64,000 nucleotides of DNA from Minutocellus sp. GHC0000111 (lineage: Eukaryota): contig OZ361258.1 in assembly GCA_977018835.1 (NCBI GenBank), forward strand, positions 2,480,001-2,544,000, given 5' to 3'. The notes beneath the pieces were generated by a model. That model saw nothing but the letters and a program-made list of their open reading frames with translations. It was not told where the DNA came from and ran no database searches. This document shows, one piece after another, positions 10,801-23,630 of this stretch (positions are counted from its first letter, which is position 1; the number at the start of each line of letters is the position of its first letter). The position numbers were made by a program, and so were the translations under genes.

Positions 10801-13800
10801 CGAGGAATCGCACATATATGTTTGTGTGGCAGCCTGACAATCAAGATGTCGAAGACGACCTTGGAGAGTATTGGGAGGCCATTGTGTCGTTTCTTCAGTC
10901 ACCAGTCCGGCACTCTCTCGAAGCCTTCATCTTGCAGCCCGATCATGATATTATTCGCGTCTTCCGCGAGGCTCTAAGTGGTCCTGCTGGTAGAACGAGT
11001 AAGAGAGCGGCCTTTTTGGAGCCGGACTTTTGGGCGTCTACCAGCGCCAATCTCAAATATTCAACAATCACGCGAGAGAGGAGTGGAATCGACCAGATGG
11101 CTCGAACGGTAACGTCTTGGGGACCCTACGGCGAGAAGCAATGTCCTCCTCACTATTGGATGGAGTATCTCAATGTGTCATCGCAGCGGCAGCTTGATGT
11201 AATAGAGATTATGCACGCATCAGCCGCACGCGACGCCGAATCGCATGACTCTTCGTTCTCTTCGTTCTTCTGGAATCTTTCTCAAAATGCCGGGAAAGAG
11301 AAACATCGAGGAGCGAAGATGGGCATTGCCGGATGCATTACGCCCGGAGGCGATGTCTTCCTACCTCACATGGGACGCCCTATCCTAGGTAGCGAGAAGC
11401 TGCTCCTTCAGGGCATCCCGTACTTCCGGCTCTTGCTCAACAATGAGACCGAGGTTCAGCTTGGTGATCTCGCTGGCAACGCGATGAGTCTCACTGTTGT
11501 TTGCGCTACGATGCTAGGTGTCCTGACCTGCAAGCAGCTCCGCACTGAATGTTTTGAGGCGGGGAATGTCGATCCCCTGAAGTTGCTCAAGAAGACAGCC
11601 TCTCTCCCCACCAAGGCACTACGGGAACGGCTTGATGCAGATATTCGCATTAATATCGCTGGTACTCATAGAGAGTCGTCTCTGCCTTGCATTTCGAGTG
11701 TTCTCAAGGAGCTTGCCCCGCTCGCCGGAGAAGCTGTCGAGGCGTCTATTCTGTGTACTTGCGAGTCGAGTGGACGCAATTCCAGCACCTGTGAGTTTTT
11801 GCAGTGTCGTCGTTGCGGTGTATCATGCTGCCGTGATTGTCTGCATTCGACCGCTGGCTACCAGCTGAAGAGTCACGACACCAAGTCCATCACGGTCGGT
11901 GATAGGACTCAAGGAGCCTTCCAGACGAAGCTGCAGAATATCGTCCCTACCTCAGATATCTTTGACGAAGCCGGCATCAAGGAACTGTCATCCGACCACC
12001 GCGCGAAAGACCTTGACAAATTCGTTTTCAACCTGCACAATATCCAGCGGAGCAGAAGGACATGGCGCATCGTCTACTATGCCAAGGCAGATGCTGGCAC
12101 CGGTGAGCCGATTGCTCAATTTGTTCTTTCTGTTGGCGAGGTAGCCGCAAAGGGCGCCGACGATGGCATCCAGCTAGGTGTCAATGGCGAATTGACAAGC
12201 TTCCTTCCTGCAAAGCTCCCCCCTTTGGTGTACGGCCCACTTTCTCCGTGCGCCAAGGTTCGCGTTCTGATGGGCTCCGAAGATGCGAAAATAGCGTGGT
12301 CACAAAAAATAAAGACGGAAACAACCGATCTTATTGTTGAAGGCACTGGCGAAAGTCCCTCCTTCCGAGCCGAAACTGGCATCAACGATGACGCTCCGAA
12401 AGCACTTGTTGAGACTAGTGAGACCAAGTACTATCAAAAGATCGTTGCGAATGCAAAGCAGCGGGGCGAGGAGAGGCGCTGGTTCTATCCTGACAACTGG
12501 AAGGTATGGCCAGAGAAGATTAGCATCAGTGGCGGTTCGAGCGGTGCCTCAACCGTCCACGGCATCTATATTCGCTCGGACTGTCGGCAGACAACCAATC
12601 AGGTAAGGAGATGATCGGTCGCACAGTACCTAGATATACTTGGCGCTCACCACAAAGTATACAAATACTGTGTTTGCGAATTCTAACTCCAAAATATTTT
12701 GCTATGCTGCCTTTCGTTCCATTTCTTTAACTTTTCAGTCGGCGCTTTGGGTGAGAGAGGCCGATGGCTCGAAGCCAACTCTCTATCTATTGATGCAGCC
12801 CTTTGTGTCGCGTAATGGCTCCGATTTCGCTGTTATTTCCTCTTCGATTTCGCACAATGACCCAACGGCCATTTTGGCTACTTTTCCTTTCAAATGGCAG
12901 CCATGCGATGCCCTCAAGCCAAAATATCACAAGGTCAAGGGAGTGAAGCTTTCCAAGTGGTCTCCTCTGGCTCTGAAATGTAGCGTTCCCAAATCGAGTA
13001 TCAAGGTCAACTCACCTGCTAATGACTTGAAAACTCTCGTGGAGGTCTCAGGGCTGAGTCAACTTGATGTGTCGATGTTTGGTCGAAATGATACCACGGC
13101 GACATCAAAACCTACAAACATCGTGTCTCTCAATGTTACCCGTGGTCAACAGGCGCAACAGACCGTTCGTGTCTTCAACTCCATTTGTATCACTCCTATT
13201 CTTCAGCACGCAGCCAGAAATAATTTGCAGTATGATCTCGGCCCCGATGCGGCCTGGTTAGATTTTGCGCCTTCAAACAAAGACCAACTTCTTGGTTGCG
13301 ATGAAGCGATTGTACCGACACGACCTGCCGAAGTGTGGTCGTTCGATGCTGAGCGAGAAGAATGGATTCGTTCGTTTGGTCCAGGTGAATCTCGCGAGTA
13401 TTATTCCGCGCTGAAGAACTCCCCCAGCACGTTTGAAATGCTACTCAACAACAAGGGTGGGAAGCTAACCATCAAGTGCGATCCACGCGTCGCTGCCCAC
13501 CGCGCGGCTTTCAATCTTATTGAAGGACGAGCTGATAAGCGATCTGACCTGAGCCCCGAAGTATCCGTTCAGTACCGTCTTTCAGATGCTGCTCGTCAGA
13601 CAGATCCAGTGCTTGACCCCTTCCATGTCTCCAACTGCGAATCTCTTGAGCCGACGTCGGTGAGCCTCGAGGAGCCGTACGAACTGTACGACCGTCAAAA
13701 GAAGGTAGTGACGAAGATGGCTCAGATCGAGGACGGCAATACCAATTTCGAAGAGATTGAAATGTTTGATGAGCCGATGCCTGGCTCTTCGGGTTGGTCT

Positions 13801-15590
13801 CTTGTAGCCAAGGCCACACGGACCAAGGGTATCCGAGGTGGGGTGATCGCCGACGCCATCGGTGCAGGAAAGACCGTGATTAGCATCGCCTTGATTCTTC
13901 GAAAGATTGAGGCATCTAGGGCGGCGAGGAAGCTTCCCATGCAGAGCTCGGCGACTCTCGTTCCAATGCCTCCTGGCTTGATTGACCAATGGAAGGGCGA
14001 AATAGAACGATTTGCGCCCCATTTGAAGACTATATGTGTCTACGACCTCACGGCGCTCAAAAGGCTCACCGTCAAGGAAATCTGTCACGCTGATGTTGTG
14101 CTCGTTCCCATCGACATCCTTCAGTCCAACGCGACGTATTTGCAACACATTCTCAAGATGGCGGGGGGTAAGAGCACAACTGCTCCGAAGCTCCCTAAAA
14201 GTGCAGGCCACAGGGGGTCTCCGGAGCGACAGGCGTGTGGATACCTGGAACTAGTCAGGATCCTTACGCCGGTGGCGATGGGGATCAAACGAACCGGAAT
14301 GAGTCCGCTCACTACACCTACGTCTACAACACCGCTATTCAGAAGCTTCGAAAGAGACAGTTCAAGCCAAACGACAAAGGCATTCCGCTGGAATATTTTG
14401 AGTGGCATCGGATTATTGTTGACGAAATTCACGAATCTCTTTGTACAACGAAGGGAGAGATGAAAGCCGCCAAGGAAGCTGCTGCTGAAGGAAATAACTC
14501 GGGATTCTTCGCAGAGAAGAATCGTCGAGCCGGTCGTGAGCTCCTTGGTATTACCGAGAAGAATATCAAGAACCGCCCCCTTCGCTTTCGCTCGGCAATG
14601 TTTGGGCTGACGGGCACCCCGCTCCTCGATAATTGCGATCGAGTCATTGAGCTTGCCAACCTGATGGGTGGCTCTTACATCATCGGTCTTTCTTCCCACT
14701 GGCGAAAGCTGGAGCGTGAAAGCATGCGTGACATTTTCCTTCACAACTACCTCGAGCCAAGACAGAGCCGCGAAGTTCGCCGCAACGTCTACTCTTACTG
14801 CCAGAAGTATCTCGACACTGCCTGTTGTCGGAACAAGACTGGAGAGGAGATGGCAGGCATATCCCTTGTTGCCCACAAGCACGTCGTTCGCATGAACGAC
14901 GAAGAAAAGGAGGCTTATCTGGGCAGCATGAGCGGCATTCCAGTGGCTGAACGCAGTCTCGCCATGAAGCCAGAAGAATTCGATGCCGAGGCTGGCCACG
15001 ACATCAGCAAATTCCTTAGGCAAAATGCCAAGCTAGCCTGTCGTGGTAAGGCTTTGGTCGAGATATGCAAGAACATCCTTGCCCAAGAAGGCAACGAGAA
15101 CACCAAGATTGTCGTCTTTGCCGATGGACGAATTGGAGCGCAGCTCGCCGCCAGAGAATACCTATGTGCCGAGCCAGGCCTTGGCTGTACGTGGCTCGAC
15201 TCCTCTGACTCGGTTGCTGAGAAGAATCAGAAGATCTCTTGGTACCAGACAGCCGACGTCACCGCCGAGGATCGTGCTAGACCCCGTGTCTTACTGCTCA
15301 ACTTCGAGCACGCTGCTGGCTTGAATCTTCAGACCGAATGCAACCATCTCATTCTCTTCTCCCCTCTCTATGTCGGACAGGGTGGTACCACCGGCGATGC
15401 TGTCACCGATGCCAGCACGGAGCTTCAGGCCATTGGTCGCGTCCACAGACCAGGGCAGCCGAAGACACAGGTCAATGTCTTCAGGATCGAAGTTCGTGGC
15501 CCTGAGGACGAGGAATGTCTTGACGGCCAACTCATTCGTCGCAACACTGACGAAGAGACTGTGTCCATGGCCACCAATGCTGCCGATTAA
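7822..15590 (+). CDS. DNMT5: DNMT5-type C5 DNA methyltransferase + SNF2 ATPase with N-terminal MBD; exons 7822-8514, 8730-9861, 9984-10280, 10406-12602, 12739-15590; apparent 1-nt frameshifts at ~10236 and ~14215
   Basis: MBD GWTVEEVTRKGGKTAGTKDKYWYSPAGKKFRSKAEI; MTase LGTACSGTDAP, SCE|VEPFKQAY, AGTSCKNFS, IFENV, DTKDYGLPQTRNRTY, DLAGNAMS; SNF2 GGVIADAIGAGKT, DEIH, LTGTP, AAGLNLQ, QAIGRVHRPGQ. All four introns are GT-AG and phase-compatible. Confidence 0.9.
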
Positions 15591-15749
15591 TTCAGACAAG
15601 AAAATCAACCTTGCCATGGAGACAAAGCACTTCCTTACATAATGAGAAAATAAAATTAGTAATCGATCACACATTTATTTGGTAACAGTACGTCTGCTAA
15701 TACCAATGCGGTTAGATCTACATAGAAGGCAGCGGCAGCACTATATTGT

Positions 15750-17030
15750 TCACCTTGCCGGCTTTTGACGATTAACAATGCTTGCTCTGTAAGCCCTTTG
15801 CACGCGAGCAGCCATGACGTCGTCCAATAGATCGTTTTTGCCGATCTCATTGCTCTCGTCCTTTGTCCTAATCGACTGTTCTGATTCAGATCTTGTTGGT
15901 GGTAGGCCCCATTCTGGCACATTTCCCTTTTTGGCTGAGGAACCGGCAGAAGCGGCTAAATGACCCTCATCCGCCTTCTTCTCTTCCTTGGCCGTGCCAG
16001 AATAGTAATCATCAAGGGCAGCTCCCATATTTGCCAGCTAATTGATGTACTCCGGAATATCACCGCATCCCAGTTCGGCGACGAATTCTCGCGAGAAGAA
16101 GACACAATTCTTTCTCAACAAATCATACGACGGTGCCATCCATTCTGGCTGCATTTTGGCAATGATTTGGTTGACTTGATCCGGACTTAGATCGCAATCT
16201 CCGAGATACAAACTCTCACGATAGTGATGCATGGGACATTTTCTTGGCTTGCATACAAAAATTCCGGTCGTGTTCAGCTTTGACCCACCAAAGGAAATTT
16301 CACGTCCATATACTTCAACTGCTGTGTGATAAATTCCGCCATTGAGACTCTTGGCAAAAGCGTTGAAATTACCTATGCGTGGATCGTGCGACACATCATA
16401 AATGTGCAGTGTAACAGGTGCTTGACTCGACACGATAAGGCGTCGAAGGGATTTGACGGTGCTGCCCATCCCGCACTCGGACAGCTTGGGACCAGCAGAT
16501 AATGCGGAGAGGGCGGACGCTCTCAACTTCCGATCCGGGTGATTCCGACGACTGGGCGACATCTGCGGTGCGAGACTCTTCCCCAGAGCACACTCGATGC
16601 CACCAACACCATCTCCGTCGTTGTTATCTAATTCATGATACAGCACACGAACCTCAAGACTTCCAGTAGCCTCACAACCATCGAGGGGTTGAACTGGCAA
16701 CCAGACATTGGGATACTGCTTCTGCTCTGCCATGGCGAGTAGGGCACATGCTCGGAAGTGAACCTGTCCCATCGGATCGTCCACCTTTAGGATGTCCTGA
16801 TCATAGATCTTGATGACAATTTCAGCGTCAGCAGAAGCTAATTCAACGGTTGCGTTGGGTCCGCCCCATATTGGTTCGAGCGTTTGGCAGACGACGGGAG
16901 TCCGAGCAACTTCTTTGCCGTCAATGAAAATGATGCAGTAGGGATCTGATTAGTTTTCTGAGAGTAGATTAACATCTTGGGCTAGGAGACCGACGCCTCT
17001 TAGTATCTTGAGGCTGAGATTGGCGGGCAT
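15750..17030 (-). pseudogene. C2 domain + PPPDE (DeSI-like) peptidase with two in-frame stops
   Basis: One frame from ATG 17030: LSLKILRGVGLLAQD..EN*SDPYCIIF..IKIYDQD..DDPMG (C2); LHIYDV, GIYHTAVEVYG, YDLLRKNC (PPPDE His/Cys); IPEYIN*LANMG. TAA 16952-16950 and TAG 16040-16038. Confidence 0.75.
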
Positions 17031-17413
17031 GGCGGTCGGACCTTCGACTGAGATAGATATTCGAATACTATCTCCTACGGAGTATCAGGATAGCTACGTA
17101 GCTTCTCTAGAGAGTAGTACAGTTAGTTAGTCAGTTACCTACCAATATTGGTAGCCTAGGTATGCCCACAGCCGGAAAGAGAGTGCGGTGCGTGCGAATT
17201 CTTCGCGGGGGTCTTTTTAGTCCTAAGATAACCCGGATGTTCTACATAAGCCGGCCCGCGAAAGCCAGCCAGCTGCTCACGCAGATCTGCTCTGCCGCCA
17301 AGACTTGGGCAAGCAAGATTCATTGATTCGGCAATTGTATTCAGTTCGATTGCTCATCATTCAGGAAGAAGGAGTTTGAGAAGCAGTGCAGTCCACACCA
17401 CTACTGATCCACT

Positions 17414-19417
17414 ATGCCTTTCCTGCCAATTGTGGTTACTCTTCTCCTCTTCGATTCTCTTGCTCATACATGCAGAGCACAAGAATTGAAGGTCGATCCA
17501 GCCTTCCGCGATCAATTCGATGAGCGTCTCATTCTTGAACAGGATGGATTGGTAGATCTTGCGTTGTCTCCCAACGTTGACGGTCAGAGTGACTTTATGA
17601 TTTTGGCAGCAAAGGAGGGGCAACTGTACGTTCTCGCAGAATACCAGTTGGACTCTCCCTCCCCACCCACATTGGTCCTCGATATTTCTCGGAGAATATG
17701 TTTCAACGGCGAACGCGGTCTTCTCTCGGTTGCGATCCACCCCGAGTTCTCGACGTCCAAACCCTGGATATATTTGTATTATACGCACCTACAAGACGAA
17801 TGCTACTCAGGAACATCCAGTGAGCATGGAAAGACCACTCGCGGCACATTCAATAGATTATCTCGCTTCGTTTTAGATCCAGATACGCTCACTATCGATG
17901 AAAGTACAGAGGAGATGCTTCTGGAAACAATCACCAGCCCAGTCCACAATCACTGTGGCGGTGATATTGATTTTGGAAAAGATGGCTTGCTCTATGCAGT
18001 GATTGGTGATCATTATGCTCGCCAATATCAAAATGATGATGGCATCTTTCTTAGTATGGCAAACGATAACCTCGCAGGTAAAATTGTTCGACTGACAGAA
18101 GACGGAGGGATCCCAGATGATAATCCTCATTCAGCAAAAGGTGTTCGATGTGGATACAATCGCGGTTGGTCCACAAAAACTTCCATTCCCTGCCAAGAAA
18201 TATACGCGTCCGGTCTGCGAAATCCCTTCCGATTTGCTATGAATCCAAATACTCAGGAAACAAAATTTTGGATAAATGTTGTGGGATGGAAAAACTGGGA
18301 GTGGATCGTAGAAGGAAGAAAGGGAGCTGAATATGGCTACCCAGTCCAAGATGGCCCTTGTCAAAATTATGGATCCACTAGGGACCCAGCGTATAAGTGC
18401 GGCGAGACGAAATATACTAAAGACATGCTGCATTTTTACCCTCACGATGCTGAATACTCTGCCGCAATCACAAGCGGCGCCTTTGTGCCTGATGAAGCTG
18501 GATGGCCAAAAGAATTGAGCGGCTCGTACCTCTTTGGTGATTATCGGCGAGCCGGTATTTATCGAATGGCAGCAACTAATGAGCGGTGTATGGATTGTGA
18601 CACCCCCGTTTCGGCTTACTCCGGTTCGGAAATGATTCTGTCAGCGACCAAGCGACCGGTGTCGATGAAATTTGGACATTTCAACAGAGGCTATGCCCTA
18701 TACTATCTCAAACATATCAAGAACCTCAAACGCGATGGAACTCCCGGTTTCTTTCGAATATCTTACACGGGGAAGCAGGAGCTTAACTTACCTCCTAAGG
18801 CGGTTGTTGAGGTGAACCCGTCTATTGGATTCAGTCCGCTCTCTGTCCAATTCATTGGCTCTAAAAGTGAAGACCCAGACGGCGGATCCCTGACGTATTC
18901 GTACGATTTCGGAGATGGCAGCGCGTCTGAATTATTATCACGAGCTATTACATCGCACAAATACAAAGACCCTGGCCTTTACTTTGCTCGATTGACAGTA
19001 AATGATGAAGGCGGTGCTTCGGACACAGTCACCATCTCCATTGAGGTGGACGATAACAATCCTATTGCAAAAATAGAAAGTCCAGAGTTGGGGGCTACGC
19101 TTGTTGCTGGTGATTCCATTCTGCTCCAGGGATCAGCAATAGACGAAGAGGATGGTATGCTATCAGATTCTTCTTTAGTGTGGGATGTATTTATCCGCAA
19201 AGAAAGAAGGCCGAGTGTTGGTGGCGGTGGCAGCGGTGGCGGTGTGATCTTTCTTCCTCTTCTTGAATCCGTCCAAGGCAACAACATTGAGGTGGAATTA
19301 CCAGCGTCAAATGAGTTGGAAGGTGCCGTGTCGTGCGATATAATCGTGCGACTGACTGCCACGGATTCTGCTGGAATCTACATGCCAACGAGTAGAGCAT
19401 ATAACCTTGATATTTGA
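17414..19417 (+). CDS. Secreted PQQ-dependent glucose/sorbosone dehydrogenase-like propeller + PKD domain
   Basis: Signal peptide; GERGLLSVAIHPEF, HNHCGGDIDFGKDGLLY, GKIVRL..DGGIPDDNP, IYASGLRNPFRF; PKD-like SEDPDGGSLTYSYDFGDG..H.YKDPGLYFARLTV; intronless. Confidence 0.85.
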   Translation: MPFLPIVVTLLLFDSLAHTCRAQELKVDPAFRDQFDERLILEQDGLVDLALSPNVDGQSDFMILAAKEGQLYVLAEYQLDSPSPPTLVLDISRRICFNGERGLLSVAIHPEFSTSKPWIYLYYTHLQDECYSGTSSEHGKTTRGTFNRLSRFVLDPDTLTIDESTEEMLLETITSPVHNHCGGDIDFGKDGLLYAVIGDHYARQYQNDDGIFLSMANDNLAGKIVRLTEDGGIPDDNPHSAKGVRCGYNRGWSTKTSIPCQEIYASGLRNPFRFAMNPNTQETKFWINVVGWKNWEWIVEGRKGAEYGYPVQDGPCQNYGSTRDPAYKCGETKYTKDMLHFYPHDAEYSAAITSGAFVPDEAGWPKELSGSYLFGDYRRAGIYRMAATNERCMDCDTPVSAYSGSEMILSATKRPVSMKFGHFNRGYALYYLKHIKNLKRDGTPGFFRISYTGKQELNLPPKAVVEVNPSIGFSPLSVQFIGSKSEDPDGGSLTYSYDFGDGSASELLSRAITSHKYKDPGLYFARLTVNDEGGASDTVTISIEVDDNNPIAKIESPELGATLVAGDSILLQGSAIDEEDGMLSDSSLVWDVFIRKERRPSVGGGGSGGGVIFLPLLESVQGNNIEVELPASNELEGAVSCDIIVRLTATDSAGIYMPTSRAYNLDI

Positions 19418-19473
19418 TTATTGGAATGTACATGTATGCCAACCTTAGACTGAGGGCAAAGGAGAAATTCATT

Positions 19474-21540
19474 TCATTTAGATCTAGCCTTTCTTTCCGA
19501 CAGGCCATAGAGTAATATGTAGGCGGTACTTTGCGCCTGTTTTCCTGTGGCAGCTTCAGCCGAGATTGGAACGACACATTCGTCATTAAATCTGGTATAA
19601 ACGAGACTTTCATCACCTGATTCAGGAGCACCGGTGTACGTCACCGCTGTATAATGGCCTCTGTTGGCATTTTTCCCAATGTGATTAACAATTCCTCACA
19701 ACTTATACGTCCCTGGCGATTCATTCTCACCTACACGTGCTGGAAGAGCACAATCAGACGACAAATACTCGGCAAGAGATGTTGCCCCGTCTACATTTGT
19801 CTCGGCCTTGGCATCCACAACAATCTCATCACAAAATTGGACCTGCCGAGCATCCTTTCGATAGGACACGCTTGAGTAGTCTGGGGATATATCCACAACG
19901 AAGCGCTTAAAGTGCAGCAAAAGAGCTCGTGGTAGCTTGGAAATTTCGGATGTCTGTGTTGCTGTGTCGAAGAAACACTTTTGACAATGAATTTCGCGCT
20001 TCTCAGATGAAAAGAAACGGTAAAGACATTCTTCGACGCTCGTCGGGCACGTATCCGATAAAGTGTCCGCCGCAGCAACATCCAGAGACAAGCAACGGAA
20101 CATTTCAGTTTTTGATCGCGAGAACTTGCAAGAGTCGCACTGCAGTGTTGTTCGGACTTCGGTGGCGAAATGTGCCTCCACTGGGGAAGTCGTTTTCTTG
20201 CCTGTCGTCGTTTCGCCCGCATTCGTCTGCTCCTTCTCACTCTGATCTGAGGAAGCACCGTCCTCGCTCCCGTGCAACAATGATGAGATATCTTTCATTG
20301 TGAGGTCTGCGAATGATCTGGTGCGAGGCATCCCCTCGCTATCCTCATCCTCGGACACCAACGATGGCGACGGCGAGGCGCTTCTTTTTCTCTTTTGAGG
20401 CGATTGCGATCTGCCCTTTCCCGATTTGGTATCAACACCCTCCCCCTGATCTCGAGACTCGACCTCCTCGTGGAGCAGATCTAGTAATGTACCGAGGAAT
20501 TCATGAGAATCTTGCTGATCAAAGCCAGCAAACTGTGGGGAGAGAGTATCTACAATTGACTTGAAGTCACTGGGATTTACCGCTGAGGCCGATTCCTGTT
20601 TGTCAATTCTCAACATTGAAGATTGATAGGCACATGCGTTATCATTGCCGACCTCGGAATCATTGCTAGGATCTGGGCCGCCGCGTAGATCAGTAGAAAC
20701 GCTACCTAATGCGACATGAAGTGGCTTCGCGGAAGAGCCACTGTCGCTACCTGAGTCACCTTGTTGAGCATCGATGTCCTCCTCTTTCTTCTCTTCCTCA
20801 TCACTGCCAGTAGGAGGGAAGCTACTAGGCAATCGTAGACGCCCCTCAGCAACGACACCTCGACAACCAACATCCTCATTCAGCAGCGCCATATTCTTGG
20901 TGCTGGTGCTGGTGCTGGCTTGATCCTGCGGAGTGGCGCCATCGTCACCACGTCCGGCACCATCCCTTTGTCTATCACTGCCATCGCTACCCGCATCGCC
21001 GCAGGTCATCTCCCCACAGTTGCCGGTGCGAGATACGACATCATCTACAAAGGATTCGAGAGTCATGAGGACCTGGAGGGAACTATTTATGTAGCACGTG
21101 TTGCCAAGGCTTTCCAGGCCTCGATATTGTGATTGATTTTGGCTGCGGCTGCGCTGTTGCTGGTGGTGGTGGTGAGCATCATCCGTGAGGAGAGAATTGT
21201 AGGACTCGAGGCGGAGGTTCGAATCAGATTCGGAATTGCAATTATCGCCTTGGTGGTTACTAGTACAACCAGCACCGTTATCATAGCCAGTCGTCTTCCC
21301 GCCATGCCCTTCATTGTCAGCGTCATTGCCGGTCCCCGATGGCGTACTCTCCTCATGTGCGGTCGTCTCCCTCTCCAGAATCTCATCCAGAGTGGCCTCG
21401 TCGTTGACATCTTGTCCACCGCTGCCGGAGCAAGGGAAGCCATCGGAACAGGGACCACACGCTGTCGAGGCGCAAAAGTTCTCGGCCGCCGAGCATAGGA
21501 AATCAAAAGTCGACGAGGAGGCGCCCGATTCGTCCGACAT
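19474..21540 (-). CDS. Ubiquitin-specific protease (peptidase C19) with one in-frame TGA before the His box
   Basis: GLESLGNTCYINSSLQ, QQDSHEFL, LLLHFKRF. The same frame continues past TGA 19698-19696: YKL*GIVNHIGKNANRGHYTA..RFNDECV..AYILLY, to the stop at 19474. Confidence 0.8.
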
Positions 21541-22105
21541 GGTTGGTCGAGAGGTCATTTTTTTCTCACGCATGCGTGCACGCAAGCCAAAAGAACGAAC
21601 TGCAGAACCGAGGTTCCGGCACGAAATGTGTGTTGTTCCGGGAGTCAAAACGACTGGTGCTGCCTCTCCGCTTTAGATGGTAGCGCCCTCCCGTATCGCT
21701 GATGTAAATCAACAACGCGTGCTGCTGCTACCTGCCACCGACCCACATGCCCACATGGCGAGTTCAAGGTTCAAGATGCATAAAATTTTCAACGGCAGGA
21801 CTGACCACAGATTTGAGCAAGCAGCACAACAAGTGGTCGAAGACACCCGGGGTTTTATTAGTGAGCATGTTTGAGCTTGTTTCTGTTCCATGGGTTGGCA
21901 GGTCTGGAACGCCGTTTGGAAATTGTTTGATCGATGCGATTGTCTTGGATCTTGCCGACCTCCGTGTTGGCACTCAGCAATTACTTGCTTTGAGTTTCGC
22001 CAACGTGTACTAGTAGCGCTTGAGGCGCCGTGCCCATCTTTTATCCAACAATCACATAACTTGATAGCCTACACGGATCTTCTTCCAAAAGTAGGCGAGA
22101 GAAAC

Positions 22106-23547
22106 ATGGGCCATGAGGCTACTTCTAGTACAGCAGTCGCTGCTGTAGCGTGCATCGTGGCCACCTGGACGTGGACTGCCGTCATTGCCTCTGCTGCCAC
22201 TGGTGTCTCTGCCTCTGATCAACAACCAGCGTCAGCGTTTCCTTCTTGGTCGTCACGCGCTTGGAATGTGTATCAGCGGTACTATCGAGAAACTGCATCG
22301 GCAACAGAAAATGCCAACAAAGGACACCACCACTGGGGACGCCTCCTGGGCATGATCGCTGACGATCGATACCAAAAGAGAAATGATGATATTTCGACAT
22401 CAAGCACAAGAGGGGACATGTGCCATTCCCCTTTTGGAATCGACGAAAGGGATCGAATCACGGAATGCTTTGGCGAGGATTCCGTCGTCATGGCAAGTTA
22501 TGATTCAGATGTGAAATTCGCCACATCGATCCTATCGACCCTCAACGCTCTGGGTGGTGACGATTTGTCACTGTTTGATGAATATGTTTCTCAAACTGGT
22601 CTATTTGAGTTTAGCGTCCACCATCACTACGACGAGGCTGGTACTACAGCTGCGCTGGATAACGAAAGCGCCCTTTCAGTCCCAGAAGAGGACGCTGTTG
22701 TTGTCAACGACAACACACAACTATCAGCTACAGAATCAGTATCTACTAGCCCTGCCAATATATCACCAGTAGCACCAACAACTCGGATATAGCATCCGTG
22801 ACACCTCAAAATACAAGCAAAACCAGCATCGATAGCATGGACGATGAACAAATCTTACTCACAATGTTGAAATGCATAGGATCGTCTAGCGACGACGTAC
22901 ATGACTTTGTTTCGGCGTCATTCTCTCAGCCAGATGGTTTACAGGAAGACTCCCTGGGTAATTTATGTTCTGTGTGCATGCAAGAGGTTCAAGGCATGCT
23001 CAGGGCAAACAATGATACCACCACATCAGATAGTCTCGCCAACACATATGCCGGTGGAAGCAGCAACGCATATTTTCAACTTTACTGTACCGATACTAGT
23101 GGGGGAGAGGGAGACAAATCAAATCTTTTGCTTACCGCTGGAGGGGGGCACGATGGACAGGCAGGCCCAAGCGATACATATGGAAGTGGAGGTGGCGCTG
23201 GCATTCAAATACAGGCCCAGCCGCCGACAGGATCTGAATTCGTGTTGGATACGTTTTCGGCATGCAACGGCGGTGGTTGTGGCCTAGGCACACACATGGC
23301 TGGGGAGAATTTGGATGAGGACTCAATCGTCACACAAGATAGCTACTGCGACCTTGGTGCCTTTGTTACTGGATTGGCACTCGTAAAAGCCGAGGTTCGC
23401 AAGTGCATTCTTGACCCTGAAACTGACCTTAGGTTTACATCGGGCGGGAATTCGAACGGATTTTTTGGAAATACCGTGGACTACACCACCCAGTATGAGT
23501 ATACAACGAGCTTCAGTTTCAAGATAGGTCCAAATGTCGAGCTGTAG
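22106..23547 (+). CDS. Putative secreted or membrane-anchored protein of unknown function, Gly/Cys-rich C-terminal half; frame change at ~22750-22790
   Basis: Hydrophobic N-terminus after ATG 22106; two consecutive long ORFs offset by one base; GSGGGAG and GGGCG motifs. Confidence 0.45.
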
Positions 23548-23630
23548 TGCGAACTGTCATTGATATACTCGTAATGTATTATAAATTACCGTAGTTTAAG
23601 CCTTACACCTGTGACCAGCAGACAATTAGG

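Noticed and set aside
7822..15590. Bacterial restriction-modification or DISARM-like methylase-helicase defence locus
   Set aside because: Spliceosomal introns, MBD and DNMT5-specific motifs show a single eukaryotic gene.
19696..19698. TGA in the USP gene (and at 33307) as selenocysteine
   Set aside because: The positions correspond to Arg-like and Gly residues rather than a redox Cys, and no SECIS-like element was seen.
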